A DNA stretch of 64,000 bases from Gracilinanus agilis. Its lineage: Eukaryota. Below, piece by piece: positions 39,724 to 53,560 of this stretch. The stretch is from the NCBI RefSeq assembly GCF_016433145.1, contig NC_058133.1, positions 384,296,990-384,360,989 of the forward strand. Reading direction: 5' to 3'. Under the pieces are notes generated by a model. That model ran no database searches and was not told the DNA's origin. It saw only the letters and a list, made by a program, of their open reading frames with translations. Numbering within the stretch: position 1 is the first letter of the stretch; each line of letters opens with the position of its first letter. The position numbers and the translations under genes were made by a program.

Positions 39724-39902
39724 GGGGCAGCTGGGTAGCTCAGTGGAGTGAGAGTCAGGCCTAGAGACAGGAGGTCCTAGGTTCAAACCCGGCCTCAGCC
39801 ACTTGCCAGCTGTGTGACCCTGGGCAAGTCACTTGACCCCCATTGCCCACCCTTACCAATCTTCCACCTATGAGACAATACACCAAAGTACAAGGGTTAA
39901 AA
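39724..39902 (+). mobile_element. SINE1_Mdo-type SINE, youngest variant
   Basis: Full length. Perfect 15-bp TSD aaaagtatcataaga at 39709-39723 and 39903-39917. Confidence 0.98.
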
Positions 39903-42900
39903 AAAAGTATCATAAGAATCACTTCTACCAAGGTAACAAGCTGTGGTCAAATTTATTCATTTGTCTATTCAGTTAAATGTTTTCAATTGAACAAGTAATG
40001 CCAAATACATACCAAGTTCTTTCTCCAACAGCATGATGACCCTTGCTTTATCTCCCCCAAAGAAGATGGAAGCATCTAATGCAGATACAAGCAACTTTTC
40101 AGATGTACCAAAGATAAAATTTCTAGTGTTTCTTACTATAATGTATCAAGATATTCAGTAACCAATCTATATCCTTTTTTCATAAAATGTTATTCTGAAT
40201 TGGTTGGGAATAGACTAAATTCTTGGCTGACAGGTGGTAAAGAAATCAGTACCTACAACAGACTACTTTATCTATATCAGAAAAATATATACATTTACTT
40301 ACATATTCACATGTGTAGGTATAAACATTCTATATGACCACTATGACCACAGAACTATTTTGCAAAAATCTTCCTGGTTTTTATTTTTTGTTACTAATTT
40401 TTAGAAAATACATGGTTTAGTTTTGCTGGTAAGTATAGTGATAATTTAAAATTAGATGGCTTTATAGTTGCATAATATTTACTTATTTCATTTAAGCCAA
40501 TAAACTATAAAATAGATTTGGCCAATGTTATGATTCCCATTTGGGAAATACAGAAGTCAAGACACAGAATTTGAGTGACCTCATCTAGAGCACAAATTAA
40601 TAAATAAGCACCTGAAAAAGACTAGGTTCTAGGTCCTCTGACTCAAGTTCAGTCTCAATGCCCTTTCAAAATCATTCTACCAGGATTTTTGTGGGGGCAC
40701 TTTTTTCTTTTTTAATTTTTAAAAATCAACTTTATTTACACTTGAAATTTAGTTTTAAAAAGCAATCTATGTGTAAGAGCATATGTTGTAAGACTGTGTA
40801 GGATTTTTCAAGATTCAATAATTGGTTAAACCATACATATGAAACCATAAATTTCATATGTACCAATTGTGGCATTTTCAACAGAAAATGTTTCAAGAAA
40901 GCTCATTTTGTGCAATAAATCATTAAGGAACATTAGGTAAAATTCCCACGATATCAACTTACTACTTCCAATTTATAAAAGTGATCCCATTTATTATCAT
41001 TCATAGTGCATTTTATAGAGTTCTTTGAAGTTTCTTTCCTTACAACAACCCTTTGAAATATACAGAGGAAATATATTTTTTTCTCCACTTTCAAAAAAGT
41101 TTTATTATTGCACTGGTTTTTTAACCAGTCATTTCATTATATGCTATATCTCTTCATGCATGCACACACCCATTTCTTCCTTACTTGTAAAAATGGAAAG
41201 TAGAACTAAAAGTAAGCAAATCAGATAACAAATATAAAATTTCATACGCATATTATCTTGACTTTTTCTAAAAGCAAGGAGGCATGCTTCTTCATCTAGT
41301 CTCTGATCATGATAATTAATCAGTTTAGTTAACTTTGAGCATTATTTTTAATTACTTTCTTATAATCATTTCAAGCAAATAGCACATCTCAAAAGTCTAT
41401 TGTAATTTTTAAAAATTTATTTCATAACTACACTAAGCTTAAACAGCTTAAAACTACACTGAGACTTTTAGACACCCTGTATATTGCTCCCATGGTTCTG
41501 CTTACTTGCTTCAGTATGCCATGCTTCTCTGAATTGTTCTTATTCTTATAGTCAATTATAGTCAATAATATGCTTATGTCATTAATTGTTCAACCATTTG
41601 ATAATTTATTTATTCATACTGTTTCCCGTTTTTTGCTACTACAAAAAAAGTTGCTATGAATTATATGTATACATGAGAGCTTTCTGGCATTTACTTACTT
41701 GAGATATATGCCCAATAGTGTAGTATAATCCCTTTTTAATACATGTGGTAAATGAAGCTCAGGCAGTTTAAAAAACTTGCTCACAGCTGCAACTCCAGTA
41801 AAGGTCAGAACCTGAACTTCGATCCAAGTCCAGTTAGTTCAGAGGAGCTCTTTCCCGTACACCAAGCTAACTTCTAACATTGTGGAACAAGGAATGTGTC
41901 TAAAGATCAAATGTGAATTCCAACGTTTCTTTAGGAGCACTAGGAATGAGAAAGCAAAGAAGAAAAGCTCTATTTTTCTAACTGAAAAAGACATAAAAAC
42001 TACCCTTGGACAAACTTTTAAATATAGACAGCAAATAGAGCGATTTTCCAGCAGAAGTCAATGAACTACATTAGAAATAAAATGTATACATTCTCCTAGG
42101 AATCACAACAACAAAAGTTCTAGAGGGAAAAAAAAATCACATTGCTCTTCACATGAGTGTCTTTAGCATTTCCTATAAGGTTACACCTCTTTTCTGTAAC
42201 TTATAGCCTATAATCTTACAGATTTATGGACTTGCTAATTTTCATGTGGTTTTTCTACTCTAATTCGATCAAGAAAAAAAATTAAGAACCCACGGAAAAG
42301 GAAGGAAATGCTTTTCTAATACTTCCTAAAACAATACAATTCAGAAATTCTTTTGTAGGAAGAGCAAATCACATGAAATGCAAGAAAAACAAGTTTGAAA
42401 GCACTTGAAAAATTCAAAGGCTATCTTTAGACATTTCACCTTCATTAATGATTTCCCTAAAAGATTTTTTTCTCCATTAATAATGGACCAACCTAAGCTA
42501 TGATAAAGGCTACCATATGCACTACATTATTTTTTAAATTAGGGTTTGGAGAAAAAAGGATCACTTAATTCTCAGAAAGTTTGCTACCATTAATATCCTC
42601 CTGCTAACATCTCTAAGACTAACAAATGAATGGAAGGGAATATAATAGAATTTCCTTAAAAGGAATTTATTTTCCTGAATAACACACTCAGATAATACTG
42701 TATGCCCACAGCATAATTTTGAACATTATGCATATGTCCCTGTGTCAGATAATTTGGAAAACAAATTGAAAAGGTGTATTTCCCTCTAGATGCAATAATT
42801 TCAATTAGTAAAGGTATCTATATCTGGATCAATTCTGGTCATACTGAGAAGGGTAGAAAGAAGGATTAAACAAAATAAGGATTCATAATATGATATTGTC

Positions 42901-43029
42901 AATGTCATTGTTTACCTGCCTTTTATTTTTCAACAAATAGCTGCAAATTGTTAAATGTACACCATTACTTTAATGGAAGGATTTCCACATTTGCCTAGCC
43001 CCTGAGTTTCTTTTTTCTCCTTATCTTTT

Positions 43030-43226
43030 TTTTTTAAGCCCTTACCTTCCTTCTTGGAGTCAATACTGTGTATTGGCTCCAAGGCAGAAGAGTGGTAAGG
43101 GTAGGCAATGGAGGTCAAGTGACTTGCCCAGGGTCACACAGCTGGGAAGTGTCTGAGGCCAGATTTGAACCTAGGACCTCCTGTCTCTAGGCCTGGCTCT
43201 CAATCCACTGAGCTACCCAGCTGCCC
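43030..43226 (-). mobile_element. SINE1_Mdo-type SINE, long tail
   Basis: Perfect 14-bp TSD tctccttatctttt at 43016-43029 and 43227-43240. Confidence 0.98.
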
Positions 43227-43589
43227 TCTCCTTATCTTTTGAGTAGATTGGAGATGGTCTGGTTTGTCTGAGCGAAACAAATAATCTTTATTACCTAAAA
43301 AAGAGAATGTTATCTTCTCTGTTTTTGGATACTTGTGAATCAGTCTTTCAAAACCCTAACAATTATGATGCTTCTGGCAAAAATATATCCTGCATATCCT
43401 TAGCTTGATCAAGTTGTAAATACAATGATTCCACTGTCATTTATAGAGAAAAATATTATCTGCTATTAAGATTTTGATTACATTTTCCATTTTTTTTCTC
43501 TCTGAGACAAGAGAACACAATTGAAATAGCTAATGGAATAAATCTGGACTCCCAAAAGAGAAGACTAGTTAGTCAGAATATTGCATTTT

Positions 43590-43808
43590 ATTGTTCAATG
43601 TTTTCAGCAATGTCTTACCAAATGTGGCTGACTAGAGTGGCTTGATAATTCCATCTTCAGCTTAATGTCATAGATGAGAAAACTGAGGCAAACAGGATCA
43701 AATGACTTGCCCAAGATTACACAATTAGTATCTCATCCCAGATTTCAACTCCAAAAAATGAATCTTACTGATTCCAGGCCCAAGGTTCTACCCACTATAC
43801 CACCTAGA
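43590..43808 (-). mobile_element. MAR1 SINE
   Basis: ttgttcaatgttttcagc...ctagagtggcttgataattcc...gagaaaactgaggcaaacagg. Confidence 0.8.
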
Positions 43809-44033
43809 ATAGTGTCATAAATGATCAACATAGCCAATAATTGGCTTAATTGTTTTTGCTACAAAGGAGGATTCTCTCTTAGGCTTAAATACTAAAATAA
43901 CTTACTAAAATAACTAAAATAAATACCAATGAGATTAGTACTATGTAATTTTATATAAAGTATTCATGACATGTCAGTGTAAGACTTCTATGTAGTTTTC
44001 AAGTTTTCAAGGTACTGGTCTATATTATTTCTT

Positions 44034-44228
44034 TTCTTTTTTTTTTAATTTTAAACCCTTAACTTCTGTGTATTGATTTACAGGTAGAAGAGTGGTAAGG
44101 GTAGGCAATGGGGGTCAAGTGACTTGCCCAGGGTCACACAGCTGGGAAGTGTCTGAGGCCAGATTTGAACCTAGGACCTCCCATCTCTAGGCCTGGTTCT
44201 CAATCCACTGAGCTACCCAGCTGCCCCC
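44034..44228 (-). mobile_element. SINE1_Mdo-type SINE, short tail
   Basis: Perfect 15-bp TSD tctatattatttctt at 44019-44033 and 44229-44243. Confidence 0.98.
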
Positions 44229-47200
44229 TCTATATTATTTCTTAATGCTCAATCATATTTCCCAAAATATTTCTTGATTATTGACCCCACTCCAACTTTG
44301 GTCACATTCTCATTGAATTACCATAAAAAGCACATATTTAATTAAATTTAGAGAGTTTCAAATTCAGGTTTTCTTAATTCTGTGTCCACAAAGTGCTATA
44401 TAGATGCCCTCTAAGATTATGAGTACTACGATGAAAAGGAATCTCATGTTGTCTTTAGATATATAATAAAAATAACTCAATTACTTTTATTTGTTTTTTT
44501 TTTTCAAAGAAAACCTCTGGAGCTATGTTCTATTAAGCTATAAATTTTTGTTTTTTTCTGATTTCATTTACAATTGCAATGTAAAAAGTGATATGACTTA
44601 ATTCCTTCAAAAGTAATTCTCAAGATACTATAGGGTTTTAGATAAAGAACTTAAATTTAGAGGTATATTATTATTTTAATTTTTAATAAAAATCTATTTG
44701 GGGTCTTTCTCACATCCTACCTAAGAAGATAGAGCTTTGACTCTAATAAGAGAAGAAATGCAAAAGTACTTATGCAATGTGGTATAAAGCATTATTAGAA
44801 TTCCAACAAGGGGGAAGAATCTAGTTAAATTAAAAAGTCTAATATGAAATAATTTTCTCAGTAAAATGGGCCTGGAGAACTTCAAAGATGAAAGCTTTGT
44901 AAAGTCTATTACCTGAAAGTATTGAGTACCTGGGTAAGAGGGACCAGAGATGCCAAAAAGTAAGAAGGCTACTTTTTTCTGACATCTCTCTCTATTGAGG
45001 GGGTGAAGAGAGGTTATGATCTTGAAAATCTTATTGCAAGATTTTTTGTTAATGATTGATCTAACCAAAGAACTTCTAAAAACATGCTCATATAGACCTA
45101 TTCTTTTCTTAGTTCAGAACTGAGAAGGGACCCTTCATCCAAACTGAGATAAGCACCCATTATCTAATAAGAACAACACCTACTTCCTCCCTTATCTGTT
45201 CTTTAATGAAAGATATTTAATACTAGTATCAGGGTTGAAAGCAGTCCCAGTTTGAGTCAGTTTTCCTATTGGAAGAAATTGTCAGCCAACATTTACTGTA
45301 CACTGTAGTGCATGGCACTGAATTGGGTGTTTTAAGGACAGTTTAAATCAGAAGTTCAAGAATCAGAAAGACCAGATAAGAACACTACCTTCTAATTTCC
45401 CTCAAAGCAATCAAACCTTAAAATACTCCTAATAAAATAGTGGGACCTATTAGATGATTGTTCTTTCATGAGGACAGCAAAAATAATTATCTACATATTT
45501 CCATTAGAATTACTATAACCTATAGTTACTGAATTAGAACACGGACAGATAGCTATAGAGCCTACCTTATCTTGCTGATACACATTGTAAAAATTGCATT
45601 CAAAATCTAATTCATTTATTAAGCATCAACGATGAAGCCCCAAAATAACAATTCACTCTGACTCAAATTCTAATAAGACAAAACTCTGGAAGTGTGGTTA
45701 TTTTTTATTTATGGTCTCCAATAATGGAAATAATAATTTAACAATGTTGATATACAATCTCTGTGAAGAAAATTAGTAAGTGTTTTTTGGCACAGACATT
45801 TACTTTTCCTAAATTTCATATTTTTCTTTATGTGGTTTGTGATTTTTTTTGGAGAGCCTGATGCTGAGTCTGATGTAGAAGGTAGGAGAAAAATTGGGAG
45901 GAATTGATGCTAGTTGATAGAAGGATAAGAGAACTCAGTTTTTCTCTCCTTAGCATAACATCAAATGAATTTCAAATAATGATTAACTGCTATTTGGACA
46001 GGGATCAGAGAATGAATAGGCTAGGAAACAGTATTCACTGTCAAAAAAATCACAGTAACTAGGGCAGCAAAACATTGTAATTGTGGGACACTCAACAAAA
46101 CATGAAAATAACTTATTTTGAGCTCATAGTAGGATTTTTGCCTGACTGTCCTTTTTTCTTCTTTTCTTCTATAGATGCAGCATGAGAATGCATATGAAAC
46201 AAAATAGTGAGCTCAAAACTGGGAAAGTATTAATCACATATAAAGAGAAAAGAATTAGGTAGTGTTCTATATCAATCTGAAGGCTTTTGTGATACTCTAT
46301 ATAATAACTAACCTTAACCTTCACTTTGAGGTCTGCAAAGTACCTTGTGTATATAAATTCATTAGAGCTTTCATATCAACACTATGAGGTATTATATATT
46401 TGTGATTCTGTAACTATTGCCAGAAAAATCATTGAATTTCTGAGCTGTAAAGTACTTTAACAACCATGTTGTCAAATTCACCCCCCAAATAAAAATCTCC
46501 ATTTTAACACACTGGATGAGAAGTCTCTGGCTTTTGCTTTTAGATTTGTAGTCAGAAGATGCAAACTACTCCCTAAGGACTCCTATTTCACACCTGTACA
46601 GTTGTAATCATAATCAAGTTTTTCCTGACAAAAAGCCTCAGTTGGTCTTTTCATAACTTCCTACCCATTGCTCCTAATTCTGCTCTTTGGGTCTAAACAA
46701 GACATATCTCTTCCAGGAGACAACTTTTCAAATTCTTGAAATTTCCTCCTCCATTTCCCCTAGTCTTGAAAGATTAACCATAAAAGCTATTGATTTACAC
46801 ATTCCCTCTAAACAAAAAGTGGATAAAAATGAATATTACTAAAGATTGTATTAATCTGTCATTATATATAAATTTGACAGGCATCATACATGGATAAGCT
46901 GGTCTCAGAGTTAAGAAGAAGGACCAGATCAATTTGGACCATATTTTGAAAACTGATGATAGCCTGATTTTTGCTGCAAAAAATCTACTTTATGAACATG
47001 AATATTCTTTCAGTGATACAATATACCTTCAAGTCAAAAAATACCTCTAAAAAGCCAAATTGCAAGCAAACTAGAACACAATGCAAAGATATCATAAGTA
47101 AGCTGGATCAGAAAACTGAGGCTTTTACAGCTGCAGGAAACTTTAGAGATCATTAATCCAATCCCCTCATTTTACAAATAAAGATCTTCAGGCCCAAAGA

Positions 47201-47609
47201 GGATCACTGACTTGCCCAATGTCATCCTAACAGTATGTGGCAGAGCTGAGCCTTCAACCTTGGTCTGTCCTTTCAAACTGCACCACACTATCTTCCTAGA
47301 TTGTAGTATATTTTGTTTAAATAATATCATGTTATTTTCCTTAATATTCCACTAAATTATTAGTTCTTATAAAGTTGGAACACTGACTGGCCCTAAATCT
47401 CCCACTAGATTAGTTTACTGAGGATAGTAACAGTGCCTTGTCAGCATTTAATAAATATTCAATAAACTGAATTGAATGGTCTTGCTAGCTACTCTTTGTA
47501 TCCATACTATTCCTTGATTCCTCAATCCAAAGAAATTCTCTTGCTGAGATGTAAAAGAAACTAAGAAAGCAGTTTCATAGATAAATTATGGCTTAAGGAT
47601 GGTATTGAA

Positions 47610-48030
47610 ATGCAGCTCAAATATATCTTCTTGTTATCTCTGACCTTTACCAAAAAAGTAATTTTTTTCTTTTTCTTCTTCTTCCAAACTCCATCAAAAG
47701 TCACCATTATTTTTCCAGTTTCTCAAGTTTATAATCTTGGCATTATTCTTCACACCTTACTCTCCCTCATCCCATATATTCCAACTGTTGCCATATTGTT
47801 TTGTTTCTACCTCCTCAACATCTCTGGAGTCTTATCTCTTTCTAATCACATGGTCAACATCTTAATCCAAACCTTCATCACTTCTCATCTAGACTCCTTT
47901 AATAGCATCCTAACTGGTCTCCCTGTCTCAAGTTTCTCTCCAGTACAATCTGTCCTCCACACAACTGCCAAAGTTATTACCTTTAAGTGGAGATCGGATG
48001 ATGGTATTTCCCTACTTAATAAATTCAAGT
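47610..48030 (+). mobile_element. L2 ORF2 fragment
   Basis: ORF 47610..48080 contains LIQTFITSHLDSFNSILTGLPVSSFSPVQSVLHTTAK, matching the L2 motif LVQALIISRLDYCNSLLTGLP...LQSILNTAA. Confidence 0.9.
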
Positions 48031-48134
48031 GCAATGGGATTTGCAAACTCTTTTGTGGTTTTCTTTCTTTTCAAAAATAAATTCAAATGACTTCAATGGT
48101 TTCCTTTATAATCCTATGCATTTTATTTTATGTG

Positions 48135-48232
48135 TTTTTAAACCCTTACCTTCTGTCTCAGAATCAATGCTGTGTATTGGTTCCAAGGCCAAAGAGTGGT
48201 AAGAGCTAGGCAATGGGGTTAAGTGACTTGTC
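48135..48232 (-). mobile_element. SINE1_Mdo-type SINE, 5'-truncated
   Basis: Only the tail and half the core are present (ends at aagtgacttgtc); no Pol III boxes. Confidence 0.9.
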
Positions 48233-48774
48233 TTTCTAAGAAACAGTCCATGGGTTTTATCAGACTATACAAGGGCTCCAAGACACAAAAAAGTTTAAGA
48301 ACTCTTGCTTGAGTCTATTCCTACCACATGATTCCAACGTATTTCCTAGGCGTCATTACAAATTACTCACCATTCTAAACTACTGTCATTTGGCCAAACT
48401 GAGCTACAATGTGCTGTCTCTGTGCCTTTGTTCTGATCCTCCTCCATACCTTGAACGCACTCTATCTTGGCCTCTTAACTCCTATGAACCCCTCTCTTCC
48501 TTTGAGACACAAGTCAAGCCTCACCTTGTGAAGAAGCCTTTCCTGATAACACCCTCAACTACTAAAAGCCCAAACTCCTGAATTACGTCAGATTTAATGA
48601 GAGCTAGCTATATCATTTATAAAGTACTTTGCTTCCCAAATGCTTTATATTTGTCATCTGGTTTGCTCCTTATAATACTTCTGTGATGTAGTTGTTATTA
48701 TCCCTGTTTTGCAGATGATGAAGCTGAGGTTGAGAGGTTAAGGGACTTGCCCAAGGTCAAGTACTAGTAAGGTG

Positions 48775-49080
48775 TGTTTTTTTCCAATTACATGTAAAAA
48801 TGTTATTTTTTAATGAAATCTAAATTATCTCCTATGTCTTTTTCTAATATGGCAGCCAATTTTACATAGGTTGTACATGTATAGTCATACAAAACATATT
48901 TCCATATTAGTCATGTTGTGAAAGAAAACACAACTAACTCCACTAATTATATATATATATAAAGTTTAAAAAGTACATTTCAATATGCATTCAGAATGTA
49001 TCAGTTCTTTTTCTGGAGATGCATAGCATTTTTTTATAAGTCCTTCAGCTAAGTCATTCACAGTCCATTGTACAATATTG
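48775..49080 (-). mobile_element. Old L1 3' UTR
   Basis: ttttccaattacatgtaaaaa...catacaaaacatattccatattagtcatgttgtgaaagaaaac. Confidence 0.8.
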
Positions 49081-52000
49081 CTGTTAACTTACACTTACAA
49101 GTTTCAACATCGGTATTTAAATTCAGTTTTTCCTAACTCCAAGTCCAGAACTCTACCTAGTACAGTAGCTGCATATTTAACTGGAATGTATTCATTTTGT
49201 TTTTATTCTGTACGTATTTATAGGTGTGTTAAATACATGTTTGTCATCTATCTCCATAAATTATAAACTCTGAGAGTATGAATTATTTCCTTTTTTAATG
49301 GTTTTTCTTGTTGCAACACCTTGTACAATGTCTGGAAAATAACAGGTAATTAATAAAAGACTTTCTGATTGATTTAGAAACTACGAAGGCTATATAAATA
49401 TTTGCTATCATCTTTCACTCTTGGTGAGCTCATCTATTATATTTTTAGCTACAACCTTAGTTGGATGACTCTTAAGTAATATCTCCAGGCCTGACCTCTC
49501 ATTCTTTTCCCTCCCATACCTGCAGATGCCTTGAGGACATCTCACTCAGATGTCATTTAAATTTTGACATATAGAAAACTGAGATCATCACCTCTTCCTT
49601 CTTAATCTTACTCCAATAATGAGTTTGCCTGTTCCAATTCCCTATAAATGTCAATAGCACCTCCATTCTCTTAGCATTTCACAAAAATGTGTTATTTTTG
49701 ATACCTCAATCTACTTTACCTACATTTATTCTACATACATGTGTGTTATACACAAATGTTATAATATTGGAACACTATATTTTGATTGCAAAAAATTATA
49801 ACAATAATGTAAAGATGGATCAGTATTACTGAAACCAACAATAAAATGGGTCATAGCCACAGGAAAAAATAATTAAAACCTAGGATATCTATACATGCAG
49901 AAAAAAACTTGAAAATTGAAGCAGACATGGATTTTTTAATGCTAAAAATAAATACGTAAAGATTTTCTCTAAGCATAACTAATATTTGATATCACTGCTA
50001 GAATTACATGTGAGAGCCTTTGCCAATGTCTCCATGTCACATCCCTATTATATGATAGTGTTTTTTTTTTTAAATTAGCTATGCAAGACAATAAAAATCA
50101 ATTCAGGAGGTACTCATAGGCAGAGAAGAGACTAAAACTTCTCAATGTGCTAACAATATAATGGGAAAATAAAAAAGTCAACCAAATATTAATCAAAGTA
50201 ATAAATAACTTAAACAGGAAATAAACCCTCTAATTTAGAGGTAGTACAATAGAGTAGAAAGAGTTCTGGTTTGTAAATGACTTGTATATAGTAGGTACAT
50301 AATAAATGCTTATTGGATTAGATTGAATTAAAATAGAAATTGGATTTGGATTCTACAATTTATGATCTGTGTGACTGGACAAAAATAAAAAATTCTCTGC
50401 TTCGCAATTCATTCATGAAGTTAGAGAAAATGATTTACAATATCCCTTCTAGCCTAGAATCTATAATTTAATGATTTTAGGATTACTCCCCCCCCCCCCA
50501 AAAAAAAGGCAGAAGGGAAAAGGTAATAAGCATTTGTTATCAGCCTACAAGGTATGAGCCATTTGCAAGCACTTTTACAAATACTGTCTCATTTAATACA
50601 ACAATGTTGAGAGGAAGGTGCTATTATTATACTTATTTTACTCATAAGGAAACTGAGGCTGGTAGAGATTAAGCTACTTGCCCAAGATTGCACATTTAGT
50701 AAGAATCCAAAAGTACATTTCAACTTTTGATGCTCCAGACACCAGATTCTATGTGCTCTCCATTCAATGATTTGAGACTACAGCCTAGGGGAGGAATTAC
50801 CTTGATTAGTGGATAACTACTAAAAACTCATTTCAGCCTCCTCAATCTAGCTAGCTCCAGATGTTCATATTCCCTCCAGCCATCTGCCAAGGTACCAAGA
50901 CCTACCTGTCATGAGCATCTTGCCATTTGCTCTGTCTTGGATCACATATGCTTCCTTTATCCTCCTAAACCCTCCACTTTTTTCTACTCTTCCTCTGAGA
51001 ACAATCCATTCAGTAATACCAATATACTCCCCCTGTGACTCCATTCTTCAGGACTGTTTCCTGGCCTTAATTCTTCCATCTTTATCTCCCTAATTGAATA
51101 TAAGCTTTTTGAAAGCAAGGACAATCTGACTTTTCTAGTTGCATTCTCAATGCCTGGTACAGTGCTTAGCCTATATCAAGAAGCAAGCACAATACAAAAT
51201 ACATACTAATTAACTGAATTAAAATAGTATCTATATTCCTTTGAAACATAATATACTAATTGATTTTTGTTGTTTTGGAAGCCCTAGGCTTCTTCCCCCT
51301 TTATAAATTGTAATTCCAAGCTATCTTTATGACCCAACAGAAATCTCCAGAGAGAATAATGGGAAGTGGAGTAAAGAAACTTCTCTATTTCTATGGAAAG
51401 CACCACCAATCTTCCAGGAATCCAAGTTTTCAAGCAAGGTGTTATCACTAACACTTCCCTCAGGATGTCTAAGCCTCATTACTTAGCTAAATGTTGTGGA
51501 TCACAACTCTCAGAATCTCCTAATCTCCACTTCCTAATGCATGACTCAGGTACCACCTCTCACTGGAATTTTTATTACAATTGTCTTCGGACTGGTCTTC
51601 CCCCATCTTCTAGTCTCCTCTCTCCAAACCCTCCTTTATACTGCTGTCCATATTAGTATTTCTACCACACATAGAAGACCATGTTGACCCTATAGAGATT
51701 CTTCAGTTTCTATTATCTTTAAGACAGCATATGAACCATACAGATTGTTGTTTCAAGCTTTCCCCAAACAATGTAGGTCCCTCCTTTCTTTTCATTTTTT
51801 TTAAATTTTGTATTATTTTGTATTATTTTCCTTCTCTTTTTCTATGCTCTTATGTAACTTAAGCTGAAAGCAACATCTCATTTCTTATCTCCTTGTATTT
51901 GCTTGAGGGTCCCCTATGTTTGGAATGCGTGTACCCCTCAAAGCTTACTCTCAGAATCCAGAGTTTCTTCAAATTCAGATGCAACAAGAGACCTTACTGA

Positions 52001-52375
52001 TTACCAGAGTTAATTAGAATTCTCAGCTTTAAATTACCTTTTATCATTTACTACATTTTAAATATTTACTTAGTGGTATCTCCTCAATAGAAACTAAGCT
52101 CCCTCAGGACAATGGCAATGTCAACAAATATTTATTATTCACTTATTATGTGCTAGGTGTGGTTTGTGCAAATTCTGGGAATACAAACACAAGAAGGAAG
52201 AGAAGCAAACCCTGCCCTCAAGGAGTTTATTTTACAAAGGGAACAAAACACATAAAAGGAATCCGAACACTATGAAGGAGAGTGAGAATGGTAAAGAAAG
52301 TATAGAGATCATTACAGTTTCTACCTTTCCAATCCTCAGTGACTAACAAAGCACTTTGCATAGTTATTATAATTT

Positions 52376-52625
52376 TGTTGTTGTTCAGTTATTTCAGGGA
52401 TACCCAACTCTTCATGACCCCATTTGCAGCTTCCTTGGCAGAAATACTGGAGTGGTTTGCCATTTCCTTCTCCAGCTCATTTTACAGATAAGGAAGATGA
52501 GGTAAGCACAGTTAAGTGACTTGTCCCATGTCACACAGCTAATAAGTGTCTTGAGGCCATATTAGAACTCAAGTCTTCCTGACTCCAGATCGATATTCTA
52601 TGCACTGCACTATCTGGCTACCCCT
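52376..52625 (-). mobile_element. MAR1 SINE, full length
   Basis: ttgttcagttatttcag...cttcatgaccccatttg...gaaatactggagtggtttgccatttccttctccagctcattttacagat. Confidence 0.92.
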
Positions 52626-52984
52626 AGGTGTCCCATTACTTAATATGTTTATTAAATTGAATTGAAATTTTATTTTATCCTAAGACAAACTGAGAAATAG
52701 ATTGGCTGTCCCAGATTTGCTTCCTACCTCCAAATTTTTATAATATGCACTCAAGGGAATGCAACAGTTAATGTAACAATAAGTATTAGGGGAGGAAATG
52801 CAGGATTTGGAGCTAGAGGATCTGAAAATCATGGTTTTGCTATCTTCTACCTCCTTAACCTCGGTCAAATCCCTTAAAAACTTTCTCTCCTCAGGTTTCC
52901 TTATGAATAATAACATTAGAGGACTGAGTTATAAGAATTCTCAAATACCTTACAATTTGTTTTTACTCTACAAAAAATATCTCT

Positions 52985-53560
52985 GATTCCACTCAGTGAA
53001 TAAACATTTAAGTGTGCCAGACACAGCGCTAAGCATTGGGGGGAAAAAAAAGACAAAGGATAATCTTTGACCTCAAGGAGCTTACAGTCTAATAGGAGGG
53101 ATAAAAAGCAAACAATTATGTACAGACAAGCTATACCCAGGCTAAGTAGGAAACAACCAACAGAAGGTACTAAAATTAAGCATGACTGAGAAAGGGGCTT
53201 CTTGTAGAAGTTGGGATGTTAATTGGGTATTGAAAAATGCCAGAAAAGTCAAGCAGTAGATAGGAAGAGGGAGAGTATGATAGGCATGAGGGAAAGCATG
53301 TGAAAAAGTAAAAAAATCAGGAAATGTAATATCTTGTGTTAAGAAGAGCAAGAAGGTCAATTTCCTAGACCAAACAGTGCTTAGCGTATAAGGTGTAAGA
53401 AGAATGGAAAGGTAAGGAAGGGGATTGTTATGAAGGCTCTTGATCTCCAAGTGGAGGATTTTTTTTATTTGATACTGGCAGTGTTAAGAGAGCCACAGGA
53501 GTTCATTGAGTAGGAACATGACATGGTCAGAACTGCAATTTATCACAGCTGACTAAAGAA
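52985..53560 (-). mobile_element. L2 3' region
   Basis: aataaacatttaagtgtgccagacacagcgctaagc...cctcaaggagcttacagtctaa. Confidence 0.85.

Noticed and set aside
40030-40200. Box C (ATGATGA) and distant CTGA suggesting a C/D snoRNA
   Set aside because: Spacing of ~165 nt is too long, there is no terminal stem, and the motifs are expected by chance.
44721-45068. 115-aa minus-strand ORF and other 60-120-aa ORFs in the track
   Set aside because: No recognisable domains; composition is typical of random AT-rich or antisense repeat sequence.
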